Made by a program: the position numbers and the translations under genes. From NCBI GenBank assembly GCA_013265495.1, contig MU058387.1, positions 1,364,001-1,428,000 of the forward strand: a DNA stretch of 64,000 bases, given 5' to 3'. Positions 11,206-22,845 of this stretch are shown here, piece after piece. Within the stretch, counting starts at the first letter, position 1. Every line of letters begins with the position of its first letter. The notes under the pieces were generated by a model. The model was not told the origin of the DNA. It did no database searches and was given only the letters and a program-made list of their open reading frames with translations. This DNA is from Vicugna vicugna (Eukaryota).

Positions 11206-13245
11206 CTATGATCAATGAGAATAGTCTGTCTGGTCACTGCCAACCAAAGGATGCACAGGTATATGATGGCAGCTGAATAATGGTGCTCAGAATAAGCTAT
11301 GGATCCAAGCTTAGGGAAGTTAAAAGAAAGGGTGAACTTTTGGCTTGGTTAGTCACCTTATTCTGTTCAAAGGCAGTGGGGAGCACGTGATTCCCTGTGT
11401 TTTGCAACAACTGTTTAAAATCAGAGCGCCCCATCCTCTCTTTTAGACTACATTTGGAAATGAACATTTTGGATCTTGGGGGCCACATTATCTACACCTG
11501 CTCCAGAAATAACTCTTGTGTTTATGATAAAGGTTTATTCTCAGCCTGGAAAGTACCTCTACGTCTTTCCATGAAAAAGCTTATTGAAGGAAAACATTTT
11601 TGGAGAATTCTAATCCTAAACAATTGCCATACTGAAAGACGAAGTTAAATAATGAATGCAAAAAAACTATAATAGCTAGCCTTAGGGTCTCTCTTAACAA
11701 AATAAAAGAACAGAAATTAAGCTCCATATCCAACGTAAACTTCCCCTTCTTAAAAATCTAAAGAGCTGTTGTGTCATCTTCCAGGACACCTTATTTTACA
11801 TATAAGAACTATGAGTCCTACAAGCTATAAATATCTACCCCAACATGGCAAAATCCTACCAAATTTGTTTTGTGACCTGAGAACTTATCTTGATAACCAT
11901 CAGGTTGGGAGTTCCAAAATATGGCCAGACTGAAATGAGGGTTGAAACTTTATTTACAGCTAAGGTCATACCAAATTGCTGTCAGCACTCAGGGGAATTA
12001 CAACCTAGAATTACAACGTCCATTATGAGAAGTGTTCTGATGAGATAAGATCTTTCAAAAAGTGCTCTTAAAAGCAAAGGCTTCCAACTCAAACACACAG
12101 GATGGGATGCCTATTTGAATTTGTTTGCAGGAGCCTCCAAAAAGGCTTCAGAATTCCAAAATAGCTTCATTGAAACATCTGTTGTAAAAGGCTATGAAAA
12201 GTTGAAGACACAGAAGAGACATAAAATGGAGGACAGCAAAACTGATGTAATTCTTACCACTTCTCGCTATCTTTCTTTTTTTTCCTGAATATTCACATGC
12301 ACTGATTCTCTTCAATTCAGCTTGAATTGCCTTTCCACTCTGAAGAGACCATTTAGCAATTACCTTTTAAAATAAGACAGCCTGAGGCTACAGGCAATCC
12401 TCTTCAGATACCCTTCCCCCTTTGGGCAAAGGCCAAGCTAAGTCATAAAGAATTTTGTAAAACCAGGGGGGAGCCGCTAAAGTTTCTTTAGATGAACTAC
12501 TTCCTGAGATTAGTGGATAAATAAAAAACAGCACAAAATAAGATGGGAGGTCACTAGTCTAACTGAACTCCTAACCATAGCTGATATTCAGAGTCTGATA
12601 GAATTTTTTTTTTTTAGATCTCCTCCATAAGTTAAAATAAAACTGCACCAGAGGAAAAGAAGCAAATTGGGAATCATGTAGTTAGATGGGTGGATCAACT
12701 TATAAAGTCATTTAGGCTGCAACCCCGTTCTTTGATGAATTAAAAGCAACCGCTCTGATCTTACAAATCTTTGCAAAGTGAGCACTACATCTCCGGAAAA
12801 GGCTTGTAACCTCTCTGGGAACTCTTTTCTAAATTTTCCCCAATTCTAAGACTGAAAGAAAAAAGTAGGACAAAAGTGGCCTTTTAAAAATACAAACTGC
12901 TGCAGAAGCACATTTGATCAAAATTTAATTTAAAAACAAATATAAATCTTAAGTGCTTTTTCCATAAGTAGTAGCAGAAACAATTTTAGCCACCTGAGCA
13001 GATCTCAACTGTTATTTGTAACTAGTGAGTTTTCTATTTTTATACCAGACCTGTGCCCCTCCAAACATTTTAAATGAAAGCTGTAAGAGCTCTGTTTTTC
13101 ATATCTGCGTGTCTAATGTATAACTATGTACATACAATTTCATAGATACTGTATTTTTCTACCTCCTCGTGGTATTACCAAAATTAATTTGAAAAGAGCT
13201 CTATTTAATTTACTTAAACAAACAAGTGCATTTATCAATCTTATC

Positions 13246-13704
13246 TGTGAGTGAAAAATATTGCCAGCCATATTAGTAAACAAAGGATGCTGTGGCCAAG
13301 TCATCAGCTGCCACTGCCCTCTGCCCCCACCAACAGTGAGCAGAGGAAACTCAAAGTGCAGACAAGCTGGCAGCCTGACCTCTGCAGCCACTTAATAGCT
13401 ACATGTATATCAAAGGAATGATTTCAGTGAGCCCAGAACTTTTGCCCCTTTCCGTGCATAGAAAAGCGCTAAATTCCTTAACTTGAGATATTTAGTTTTC
13501 TTTAATTAACAGTAATCTTTTGATGTTCTGACTACCTGGTCTTTGTTGCAAAAATTCATATATCCTAGCTTCTACATTGTCACTTTGGAACAATCCCACA
13601 GAGCGATCTGAGGGGCCGTCATCCTGGGCTTAAGTCCTCAGAAATGTCTGCTGAATGAAACATAACTCTCAACTTTTAGGTTTTACATTTTATTTCAATT
13701 GACA
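13246..13704 (+). mobile_element. ERV1 solo LTR (459 bp), same family as 9324-10140
   Basis: tgtgagtgaa...caattgaca; TSD tatc (13242-13245, 13705-13708). Confidence 0.9.
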
Positions 13705-15032
13705 TATCTATACATATATATATGTAAAAGCTACTTTGTTTATTGATTGAATTAATATAGTCTTGCCTATAGGTACCCACATGACATATAATACTTTAAT
13801 TCTGCCTAGATTTACTAAAAGTCAAGTAAGCTTATACTATCTCCGTTACAAAATTTGTCAGCCAGAAAAAGTAACTAAGGATGATCACTAACGTTGCCTA
13901 TGTTTAATAACTTTTTTGTAGGTAAACATGATAAGAGCAAGTTAATCAAATAGATATAAATAAAATAAGAGTTTTTAACTGAAATTTTCAACAATGATTG
14001 TTTTATGACATTTCTACTTAAATAGTTTCCCAAATCTTTTTGGTAACTTACACCTTAAGGGTTTTATTAAATAAAATATAATAAAAATAAATAAACAGAA
14101 TAAAACATAAAAACATTGATTACTGAACATAGGTTTGTTTACATTTGGCTTTTTATTATAGAGAATCTAAAGGTAAATTGCGGTTCTTAGTTAACATGTT
14201 TTGTGCCACATTGTAAGGTCATAATATAAAAAGGGCAAATATTTTTAGAAATTATGAGCTGTATTCATAAATTTGCCAGCCTACTGTATAGCAGACAGTT
14301 TTCACTAGAAACTAAGGTTTCTGAGATTAAGAATTCTAATTAATGTGTGTAATTAAGATTCCTGGAAATGAAAGGGGAAACAACTCTATCTGCAATGTGT
14401 GTTTTGCTGAGTTATGAAATATGGATATATGTTTTTGCTAGAAAATAGAGGTAGGAAGGGAGAGTCTTACCTTGTGTGGTCAAGTTGGCTAAAATTAGAT
14501 GAATTTATTATAAAGATTATAAAATTAAACTTAAATATCAATAGTTACATAAAACTAGAGTTTAATTTTTGTTCATCTGTTAAAAGAACAAGTTTTATTG
14601 AACTATTGGTCTGCTCCTGAGATGATTCCTGAGAAGAGATTATGAAAGGGTTTTTTTGTTGTTGTTGTTTGTTTTTTTAAAGTAATCTGTCTAGAAAGCA
14701 AAGATTTTCTGCTTTATAAAAAATAATTTTGTCTCTACTAGGTCTTTCATTATTTTGGGAAACTGAATTTTCTTAATATTAAATGAGATAAGTTTTGCTT
14801 ACAACTATATACCCTGTTTTGTGTTTGCCTTTAGAATTTTTCATTGTCACTTTGGTCAAATATATAATTAAATATTAATAATGATCTGTGATCCTATTTA
14901 GTCATGTGTCTAAAGCTGTTTATATTTTTGACAAACATCCCCAAATCAAATTCTAAATTAAGTCCTTTTGATCTCTAGCTAACCTTGGGATTTTTCAAAG
15001 GGATCTTTAAACATTTCAAAAGATTTACTCTC

Positions 15033-15332
15033 AATACAGACTTGTGGTTACCGTGGGGGGCGGGTAGAGGGTGGGAAGGGATAGACTGGGATTTCAAAAT
15101 TGTAGAATAGATAAACAAGATTACACTGTATAGCACAGGGAAATATACACAAAATGTTATGATAAATCACAGAGAAAAAAATGTGACAATGAGTGTGTAT
15201 ATGTCCATGAATGACTGAAAAATTGTGCTGAACACTGGAATTTGACACAACACTATAAAATGATTATGAATCAATAAAAAATAAAAAAAAATAAAATAAA
15301 TAAAACACATGAGGGAGATTTGAATTAAAAAA
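15033..15332 (+). mobile_element. Young 5'-truncated L1 3'-UTR (camelid-type) with two A-tails
   Basis: cttgtggttacc...ctgtatagcacagggaaatata...ggaatttgacacaacac...aataaa plus A-tail; perfect 15-bp TSD aaaagatttactctc (15018-15032, 15333-15347). Confidence 0.9.
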
Positions 15333-17290
15333 AAAAGATTTACTCTCTCACCATATAAGAAGAGATATGTCACACTGATTAGGTTTATTTGTTATGTTAA
15401 ATTATATGGAAGCATTGTCATATAGTAACACTAAAACCTTCCGAGATATTTGTTTAAGGAATAACACAAAATTCCTAGAAATCAAGTATGTCTTGATATA
15501 ATCTTACCAGTCATAATTTTAGTTATTATTCTAAAATGTTGTGTGTCACAGAGATAATAAAATTTCCTTGCTATTTGCATTATAATAAACTGTCATCAGT
15601 TCTTTAACCATGACCATTTAAAAATCTTTTTATAGTTATTATTTATTCTGATAGTTTAACAAATATGTTTCACCTTCAGAGAGATTCATGGAAGGGACTT
15701 TTGACAAATGCAAATTTCTAGTAACTTTACAGTCATAAAAATGAACTAGGTTAAATTTCCAAAAATAATGGAAAAAGTAGATTCAAGCAGAACAAGGATA
15801 ATTCCGTGGGACTAAATACACTGGTGAGGATAATTATAGATGCCATGACTTTTTATTGCTGATTCTTTAATGTTTTACTTTTCCAGATTTAAGAAAAACT
15901 TTTTTTTTTTCTTTTTTCTCAAGCTAGCTATGACTTAGAACAGTTTGGTCAATTATACCATTGCAAACAGAATTGAAACACTTATTTTCATCTCCCTGTC
16001 TTATTCCTCCAGAATTTAGAAACTCATAGTGAATATTCTTTTTCTCATCATAATATATTTATTTGCATAAGTTCAGTAAGAATTTATTCTCCTTATAACA
16101 GAGCATGATTGGAAATATTGGTTGTATTGTCAAGGCTTTGGCCAGAATGTCATATTTGAGAATGCGCTTGGACTCAGGTTTGACGGACAGCTTTAAAGAG
16201 TTAGAATTGACTTTATGGAGCCAATAAAGCACCATTGAAGAAAGAACCTGATATCCTGCTTAAAGGATTCCCAGCAGGTGAGTGATGAAATCACTTACTG
16301 GCTGGTGTGGGAGACTCCAGGATATTTGGGGGACCTTGAGAAAAAAGAAAATTCACCACAATCTATGACAGATAAAATCTGATAGCAAGATCATGGCTGT
16401 GCTTCTTAGCTTTTAAGAGATATTTAAAAATCTAATGTGAAATTTCTTATGAAAAGTTCCAGCAAAGCATATTAAAATATCTTATATAGGCAATCATTAT
16501 TTTTGCTGAGCATATGCAAATAATCAGGCCAAATTTATTAAAACTAGGCTGATTTTGCAAACAAATTAGTGTTGATTTCCCTACCTTTGGTAGCAATGAG
16601 GTTATTTTAAAGAAAAAAATGTATTTCAGCAATAAAGCTTTGTGGATATCAGATTTTAATATTGTTATTTGTCTTTAAGAGTTTGTTATATACCTGTAAA
16701 CTTGATTGGATTCAGAATTTTAGTTTCTTCTAATATTTGCCTGAAATCCTCCAAACTAATGTTTCCATTTATTTCCTCCTACCTTCCTGAGTTGAAATTA
16801 TTGAAAATTAAGACTGTCCTTTTTTGAAGTTATGCAGGTGCAAGTTGGACAAAGGAATATAAATTTCAAAGAAATCACCCAACAGATTACATATGAACAA
16901 TTCTGTGTCTGTTGCTGTGTGGTCACCCGAAAAGATCACCACAGACATTTGAACTGCAAACCAGGAAAATCTATCATTGTCATGGCCTGCCCTCCTTCCA
17001 TCTAAAGATGGTTTACACCAGACATCTAGAAATCTTTTTGACTGGCTGCCTTCAGGACTCAGAAATTAGGATCAGAGTCTGCTTCAATCACTAACCATTG
17101 TTTTTATTTTGTTTCCATAGAAATATGTCTTATTAAATACCTGATTCCTTGAACCATATACTTAACCTTGAAAGCCCACCTACATCACCACCTGCTGAAA
17201 TGAGCCATAACTGTTCTCAAGAACATGGAGCAATCTATCAGCTCAAATTCTTCCATGTGAAATTCCCTAGGTACATTTCAAAGGCGGGAC

Positions 17291-17831
17291 TGAAGGAGTT
17301 CAGAATGAAACTCTCCAAAATGTACTACTTTGGCATGTGAATTATTTTAAGCTAAAGGCAACTGAGACCCTGTGGGCTCAAGAAAAACTTTGCCCTTCCC
17401 TTAACTGCTACAAAAATCTAAATTGAGAAACTTTTGCAGAATGAAATTTACCACCACAGATAAATTTTATTCTACTGACAAATCTCTATGTCAGGGCAGA
17501 ATTACTCACCTCCTTTTTGAAATCCTAGAGACTTTCCCTATTCCTTAGCTCAGAATAATAAGTGTATATTATATATATAAAATATATATATATATATATA
17601 TATAAAATATATATATATATATAAAATAAATATATATAAGGTATATATATATTTATCTGTGTGTATGTATATATAACTTTAACATTCTGTCTTTGAATCT
17701 CCCATGTGGGGTTCCCTTATGTAGGTAATTAAATTTGATTTTATCCTGTCAATCTGTCTCATGTCAACTTGATTATTGGACTAATGGAAAGAACCTTTGA
17801 AGGGTAGAGAAAAAAATGTTTCTCCCCATCA
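17291..17831 (+). repeat. 3' LTR of the provirus (MER34-like)
   Basis: Preceded by PPT-like aaaggcgggac; starts tgaaggagttcagaat; ends ctccccatca. Confidence 0.85.
17565..17675. repeat. Imperfect (TA)n microsatellite within the 3' LTR
   Basis: tatattatatataaaatatatatatatatata... about 110 bp. Confidence 0.9.
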
Positions 17832-17944
17832 GTACAGAATTACTGAAGATAAAGAAACACAGGATGATTTCAGCTACAAGAAAGGAAGAAAGAAATGAAG
17901 GCAGGATGGAAACAAAAAGAAAGGAAGAAAGAAAGGAAGCAAAG

Positions 17945-18469
17945 TGAAGGAGAGAAGAATATATGGCCCCAATAAATGCTTCTTTTGGCATTTTGATTTG
18001 GTTATTTTTAATAAACACAGACCTAGGAAAAATTCTGAAAACTGAGTAGAAGTTCCTCTTTTGTAGGAAAAATTTACATTTATAAAGGGAATCTTTATTT
18101 GTAATGGTGTCTCCCTCTTTGTACCAGGAAGAGAAGAATGACTAAATCTCTACAAACTCTTATCAACAGAGAAGACAGTGACTTAGAATTGTGTAACAAT
18201 CACATCCTTACTTACTGCACCTTTGCTGGTAACCTCTCATAATTGGCCTTTCCCTTACCCCCAGCGTCTTCTGTCTTCAGTTGAAGATGGCATTTTAGGT
18301 GATGGTTTGGGCCCTTTTGGGGAGTTACACAGTTTTCCCTTGTATACAGGAGGTATACTTGTTATTAAACTTCTGTTTGTTTTTCTCTTGTTAATGTCTT
18401 TTATTACAAAGGGTGTCCCAGCCAAGAACCTGAAAGAGTAGAGGGAAAATAATTTTTTTCTCCTCTACA
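17945..18469 (+). mobile_element. MER34-like solo LTR
   Basis: tgaaggagagaagaatatatggcccc...ttttggcat...gagggaaaataatttttttctcctctaca; related to 3765-4161; TSD degraded. Confidence 0.75.
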
Positions 18470-18680
18470 GAGGAAAGGGAGAGAAGGAGGAAGGGAGAAA
18501 TAAAGAATATAAAATACATTTAACCCATGTTATTTTAGATCATTAAAAGCCTGAAAGTAAGTTTATCCAATTGGTGATAAGGATGAATAGATTTGGGAAG
18601 GTAGGGGAAAGATGGAGATTTTGGAAGTAGACGATCCTGAGTGTTGCCAGAATGATGGTATCATAGACAGAGGTGGGAAG

Positions 18681-19175
18681 TGCCCACTAAATATTGGGAT
18701 TTGCCATCTGCCTCTACGAGGATTAATTAAATCATGAGACACTGCAGCTCTGACCTTCAACACATCCTGAAAGGTCATCAGGGTGGAGACTAGGAATGAG
18801 GCAGTCTGTGCTCTGGGAGAAAAATGGCAGAACAGGCCTTCAGAGAGTTAGATATTTTCCGAAGATTTTATAAGCCCAAATTCTTGCATCTCCTCCTACC
18901 TAAAAAAGCACTAAGATCATTAACGAAACCACCTGCTCCTCATGACTAGCAGTGACCTTCACGAGACCTGCAGCAACCTTTTGCAAAAAAAGTGTGCTTG
19001 ATCGCTCATCCCCCTTTTCACCGAAATCATATGTATACTGACCTTCCTCCCTTCCTCTTTAGACCAGTTAATCAGAGCTATCAGAAATGCTGTCTCCCGG
19101 GTTATAGTCCTCATTTTGCCCCAAAGAAAACTTAACTCACACCTTTTATGTTGTGCGCTTTCATTTCAGTCAACA
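18681..19175 (+). mobile_element. ERV1 solo LTR (495 bp) related to the 9324/13246 family, in L2-like sequence
   Basis: TG...CA; TSD gaag (18677-18680, 19176-19179); shares agcccaaa...aaaagca...ttaac and the tttcagtcaaca end. Confidence 0.85.
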
Positions 19176-19792
19176 GAAGTCTAGGAGAAAAGCAGATTTT
19201 TCTTAATAAATTCATTATCATTTACACTTCTATGTTCGATGTATGCTAATACTTTGATACAAATTTAAATTTCAAAAGCAAAGACTGATACTCTTTTTTC
19301 ACAAGAAGAATATAACGTACTTTAACTTCATTTTAAAATGTTTCATGCTATAAAATGTTTATTTTTCCCTCAAAACAGAAAATTTAAGGTTCATTTCCTT
19401 TGTAGAATTAAACTACAAAATTTGGCTTATCTATCAGTCTTTCCCGTAAAATTCTTACCTAATGCAACCAAGAATCAATAATACAAAAATACGGACTGTT
19501 AGTAGTAATGCCCTGAGGCTCAGCAATGTTGACAAGCACATTCCTAACCACCAACAAATGAACTGATCATGATTTAATTAAATTTGTGTGTTAAGGATGA
19601 GTGGTGATCTTTGTTATGGAGAACGTATTTTCATTTACTCAGTAAGAAATATTGAGGGACTATTGTGCATTGGAGGTAACAAATAAATTAGGTAAATCCC
19701 TCTTTATACAAAGTTTACAGTCTGGAGACTGATAAAAATGCACAATCCACTGTAATATGTATTTTAATTTACATGCATGTGTGATCCTATGA

Positions 19793-20411
19793 TGTGGGAG
19801 CCCATGATCGGGTTAACAAATTGTAACAGACCCCGGCCACTTACATCCTTAAAGAAGCTGTGCTTAGTAACTGCCTAGAGGTTTTAGCAATGACCCAGGC
19901 CCCTGGCTACAAACGCTGGGCGTGCCTGCTGTTAGTCTTCCATCCCCAGAACAGCCTTGGGCTGGAATGGTAAACAACTTATAAAAAGCTGCAGACTCAG
20001 ACGGGAGAGGGCTGGTTAGCCAATGACAGGTAAGATCCCCTGAGGGGGGCAACCTAAGACGGGCACAGCCGCCTGAGTCCAAGTTGTTAAGCAGCTGATT
20101 CTCACACGTTCGCCCTGATGAGCTGAAAGGCTCAACTGAACATGATTCACCGAAAAGCGTCTTCTGACCTTGAGCCGAACACCGACAACAAACAAAGCCT
20201 TTGTACTCACTGTGATCCCACCCTGTCCTTCCCTCAATTCCTGCATTCCTCCTTTGACTGTGCTCAGTAAAGATGAGAGATTTGAGAGGCTCCGGGAGTT
20301 GGCTCCCCACTCCCTCTCGCTCTCTTGGCTTTTCCACAGAGTCTTGAGTAATTCATTCCGTCTCGATGGGACTTCTGCCGGCCAGAACCCACAACTGGTG
20401 ACGAACCCACA
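19793..20411 (+). mobile_element. Young ERV2 (betaretrovirus-like) solo LTR
   Basis: Inverted termini tgtggg...cccaca; perfect 6-bp TSD ctatga (19787-19792, 20412-20417); gggggcaacctaagac motif; AGTAAA at 20266-20271; 19 CpGs in 619 bp. Confidence 0.9.
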
Positions 20412-20476
20412 CTATGACAGCAAATCTGATCTTCACTGTAAACTTGTGGGTTTGACTGAGGCAAAAAGTTTAAGTA

Positions 20477-20699
20477 CAGCTGATCCTTAAACAACATGGG
20501 ATTGAATTTTGCAGGTCCACATAAACGGGGATTTTTTTTTTCAGTAAGTAATTTCTAGAGCACTGTATGATCCACAGTTCTTTGAATCCTCAGATGAGCT
20601 TCAGCGGGCTGACTGTAAAGTTAAAGGTGGATTTTCCACTGCGTAGAGGCTTGGCATTCCTAACCCTCCTCACTTCCTGCATTGTTTGAACACCAACTG
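20477..20699 (+). mobile_element. Tigger2-derived MITE (Tigger2a/MER8-like)
   Basis: TIRs cagctgatccttaaacaac...ttgtttgaacaccaactg with a TA on the 5' side. Confidence 0.75.
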
Positions 20700-20929
20700 C
20701 AATTTGCTCAATTGCTACAAGTTTGTAAGAGCGGTGTATAAATCTTAAGCTTTTACTTCAATGTTTATATTTTTCTCGGTAACTTCTGACTATTTAAACA
20801 CCTAGAAACTGTGCCTAGAAGGTACAGTGCATACATTTTTAAAAATTTCTCATTTGCACACTCAAATTCCCTGATCCACTTCTTCAGCTCAGATACATAT
20901 ATTGATACAAACGTCAGCCAATAAACCAC

Positions 20930-21500
20930 AGCTCAGCCAGTGATATTAATGTGTCTGTCTCCAGAAGGGCTTCATCATGAGCCACATACAGGACCATGTC
21001 CAGCCTCTTCCATGAACCCGTACATCCTGGTCTAACCCTGAATTACCGGTCTGGACTCTCCTCTCATAGTCATTTCCCTTTTGTATTCTGTCACTCTCTC
21101 TCCCATACAAATTGGTGTACTTCCTTCTTAGGGGCCTGCTTTGCTAATCAAAGGGAATTCAACTAGATCTGCCCATTTCAGGTCATAAAAATATCCATTA
21201 CAACTTCCCCCAAAGTAATTGATGCCAGCTGGGCTCAGACTTCCAAAATTAAGGGACCAAGGGGTAGCTATCTATTAATGACTCATGGAAATAAGGATCA
21301 CCTTGAAGGTGACATGTAGCTGCCCACTAGGCAGAATTTTGTATAATTTTATGCCTCATCTCCAGTGAATGTATCTGTGTCTTGACAGGAATATCGGGTG
21401 TTCCTCAATATCCTAAATATAGTTGTAAACATGGAAACGTCTCGGCCTCAAAAGTAACACACCCAAGCCAGTTCTTGGACTGAATGAGCCCATCATAACC
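20930..21500 (-). mobile_element. Highly decayed ERVL-class pol fragment (RNase H/integrase region)
   Basis: Reverse strand ttccatgagtc...tggtcc...ttggaag...tttgggggaag...atggata...aaatgggca resembles the ERVL DSWAVANGLAGWS...WGRGMWID...EWA coding region; no open frame. Confidence 0.45.
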
Positions 21501-22449
21501 AGGCTGATAGCTAGGGTGAAATTCATATATATTGCTGCTAAGAGCTTTCTCAAGATGGCACGATGAGGATCAATACACAGAAAGTAGTCTTACAACAATT
21601 TCTTGCTGGTGGCGGCGTAGTGTTCACCACTCTCACCTTGCCAGTTGTCAATTCCTTTTCCAACTGAAAAGAAATCATTGTGTTTCTTCCTCAACTTTGC
21701 CTTCTCTCATTTCTTGCTTCTCTTCACATTACGTATATTTCAGTATGCAGTTTGGCAGTTGACGGCTTAGCAACTATAAAATTATTTGGGGGGAGAATCT
21801 ATATTTAAAAAGCAACTTTCAATAACGTTGTAGTGCCTGTGCTTGGAAAGCTAATTTTAGCAGAAAGAGATGTTGAGCCAATACTGGTATGTTAAAGAGC
21901 AGTCATGTGCATTTTAGTGAATCTAATAGTAATAAAAATGGAAAGTTCATCTTTATGGCTCTTGTTTTATTTATTTTTGAAATAAATAAATAGTTCCTAT
22001 AACAGAAAAATTTTGAAGGACAGCAATTTCTTTTTTATATGCAAGAAAAATAAAGGATATGTTGTATTACCATGGCATCAAATAATTCCAAAATTTTCTG
22101 TACAGGAAGTTTTCCAATTACTCAGGTTGATAGCCCGGCCAAGTGTGCATATAGGGGAGGTATAGTGACAACTGTGTATATGGGAATAGATGCTGAGAAG
22201 CTATAACATGTAAAGGGGAGAAGAACATGGACATAGGGGAAAAAACAGGATATGCGTTTATCTTAGTCTGACCTCAGCACCTCTTTTTCTAAGAATTTCA
22301 TTTCCTCTCCAATCTTACTGCCGCAGGAGCAGCCGTCTCACAAGTCTTCTTTTCTTGGCCAGGGCTGATTGATCTTCTAGGAGGAAAAATAATTCAAAGC
22401 TAGCTGATATTAAGAATATCCTGGCCACCAGCACCGCTGAAACACCCCC

Positions 22450-22845
22450 AAATGGCTGTTTCAGTGATTAGGAACCAACACGAAGCAGAACCTGTGAGAC
22501 ACTTCATCACAGTTTCTCACTTGGACCCAAGAGATCTGGCCCAGTGACTCTTCGGGTGCTTGAGTCATGAGCTGCACAGTGAGGGAGCCAACAGCAGCTA
22601 TGTTTTCTGCTTCGTGAACTGAAACGGATGAAGATGTTCTAAAGAGGCAGAGGGCTGTGGAAAGAGATGCCCGGAAAGGAGCAGAGAAAGATAGAGGAAA
22701 AGTCCTTAGATTTACTGGTTTCTGATGCCAAGATACATTTTGGCCATTTTTTTCTGAATTCAAGAATCTCCTTTATGTGTTATTCCTTTTTGAGTAAGCA
22801 CGCCTGAACTGAGTGGCTCTTTCTTTAACCAAACAAATGCTAACT
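22450..22845 (+). mobile_element. Old MaLR LTR (MLT1L/N-like)
   Basis: 3' end ttcctttttgagtaagcacgcctgaactgagtggctctttctttaaccaaacaaatgctaact. Confidence 0.5.

Larger units (their letters stand above)
9214..17831 (+). mobile_element. Decayed MER34-like (MER4-group, ERV1) non-autonomous provirus with two LTRs and five nested insertions
   Basis: Homologous LTRs at both ends (tgaagg...actttggca...ttaagctaaagg...tgtcaacttgat...aatggaaagaacctt); PBS-like site after the 5' LTR; purine tract before the 3' LTR; gag-like remnants about 11.7-12.8 kb; AT-rich internal region with no intact ORF. Confidence 0.8.

Noticed and set aside
9324..13704. Two homologous same-strand LTRs as the ends of one provirus
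   Set aside because: Each has its own distinct TSD (ctcc vs tatc), they differ by large indels, and the DNA between belongs to the older host element.
10275..17290. Retained gag/pol/env gene, e.g. a HEMO/ERVMER34-1-like env
   Set aside because: No ORF over about 130 aa, no recognisable RT, integrase or env TM motifs; only stop-ridden gag-like remnants.
19864..20497. ORFs of 76-157 aa as an LTR-encoded accessory or superantigen gene
   Set aside because: Overlapping on both strands in a GC-richer LTR with no recognisable homology; consistent with chance.
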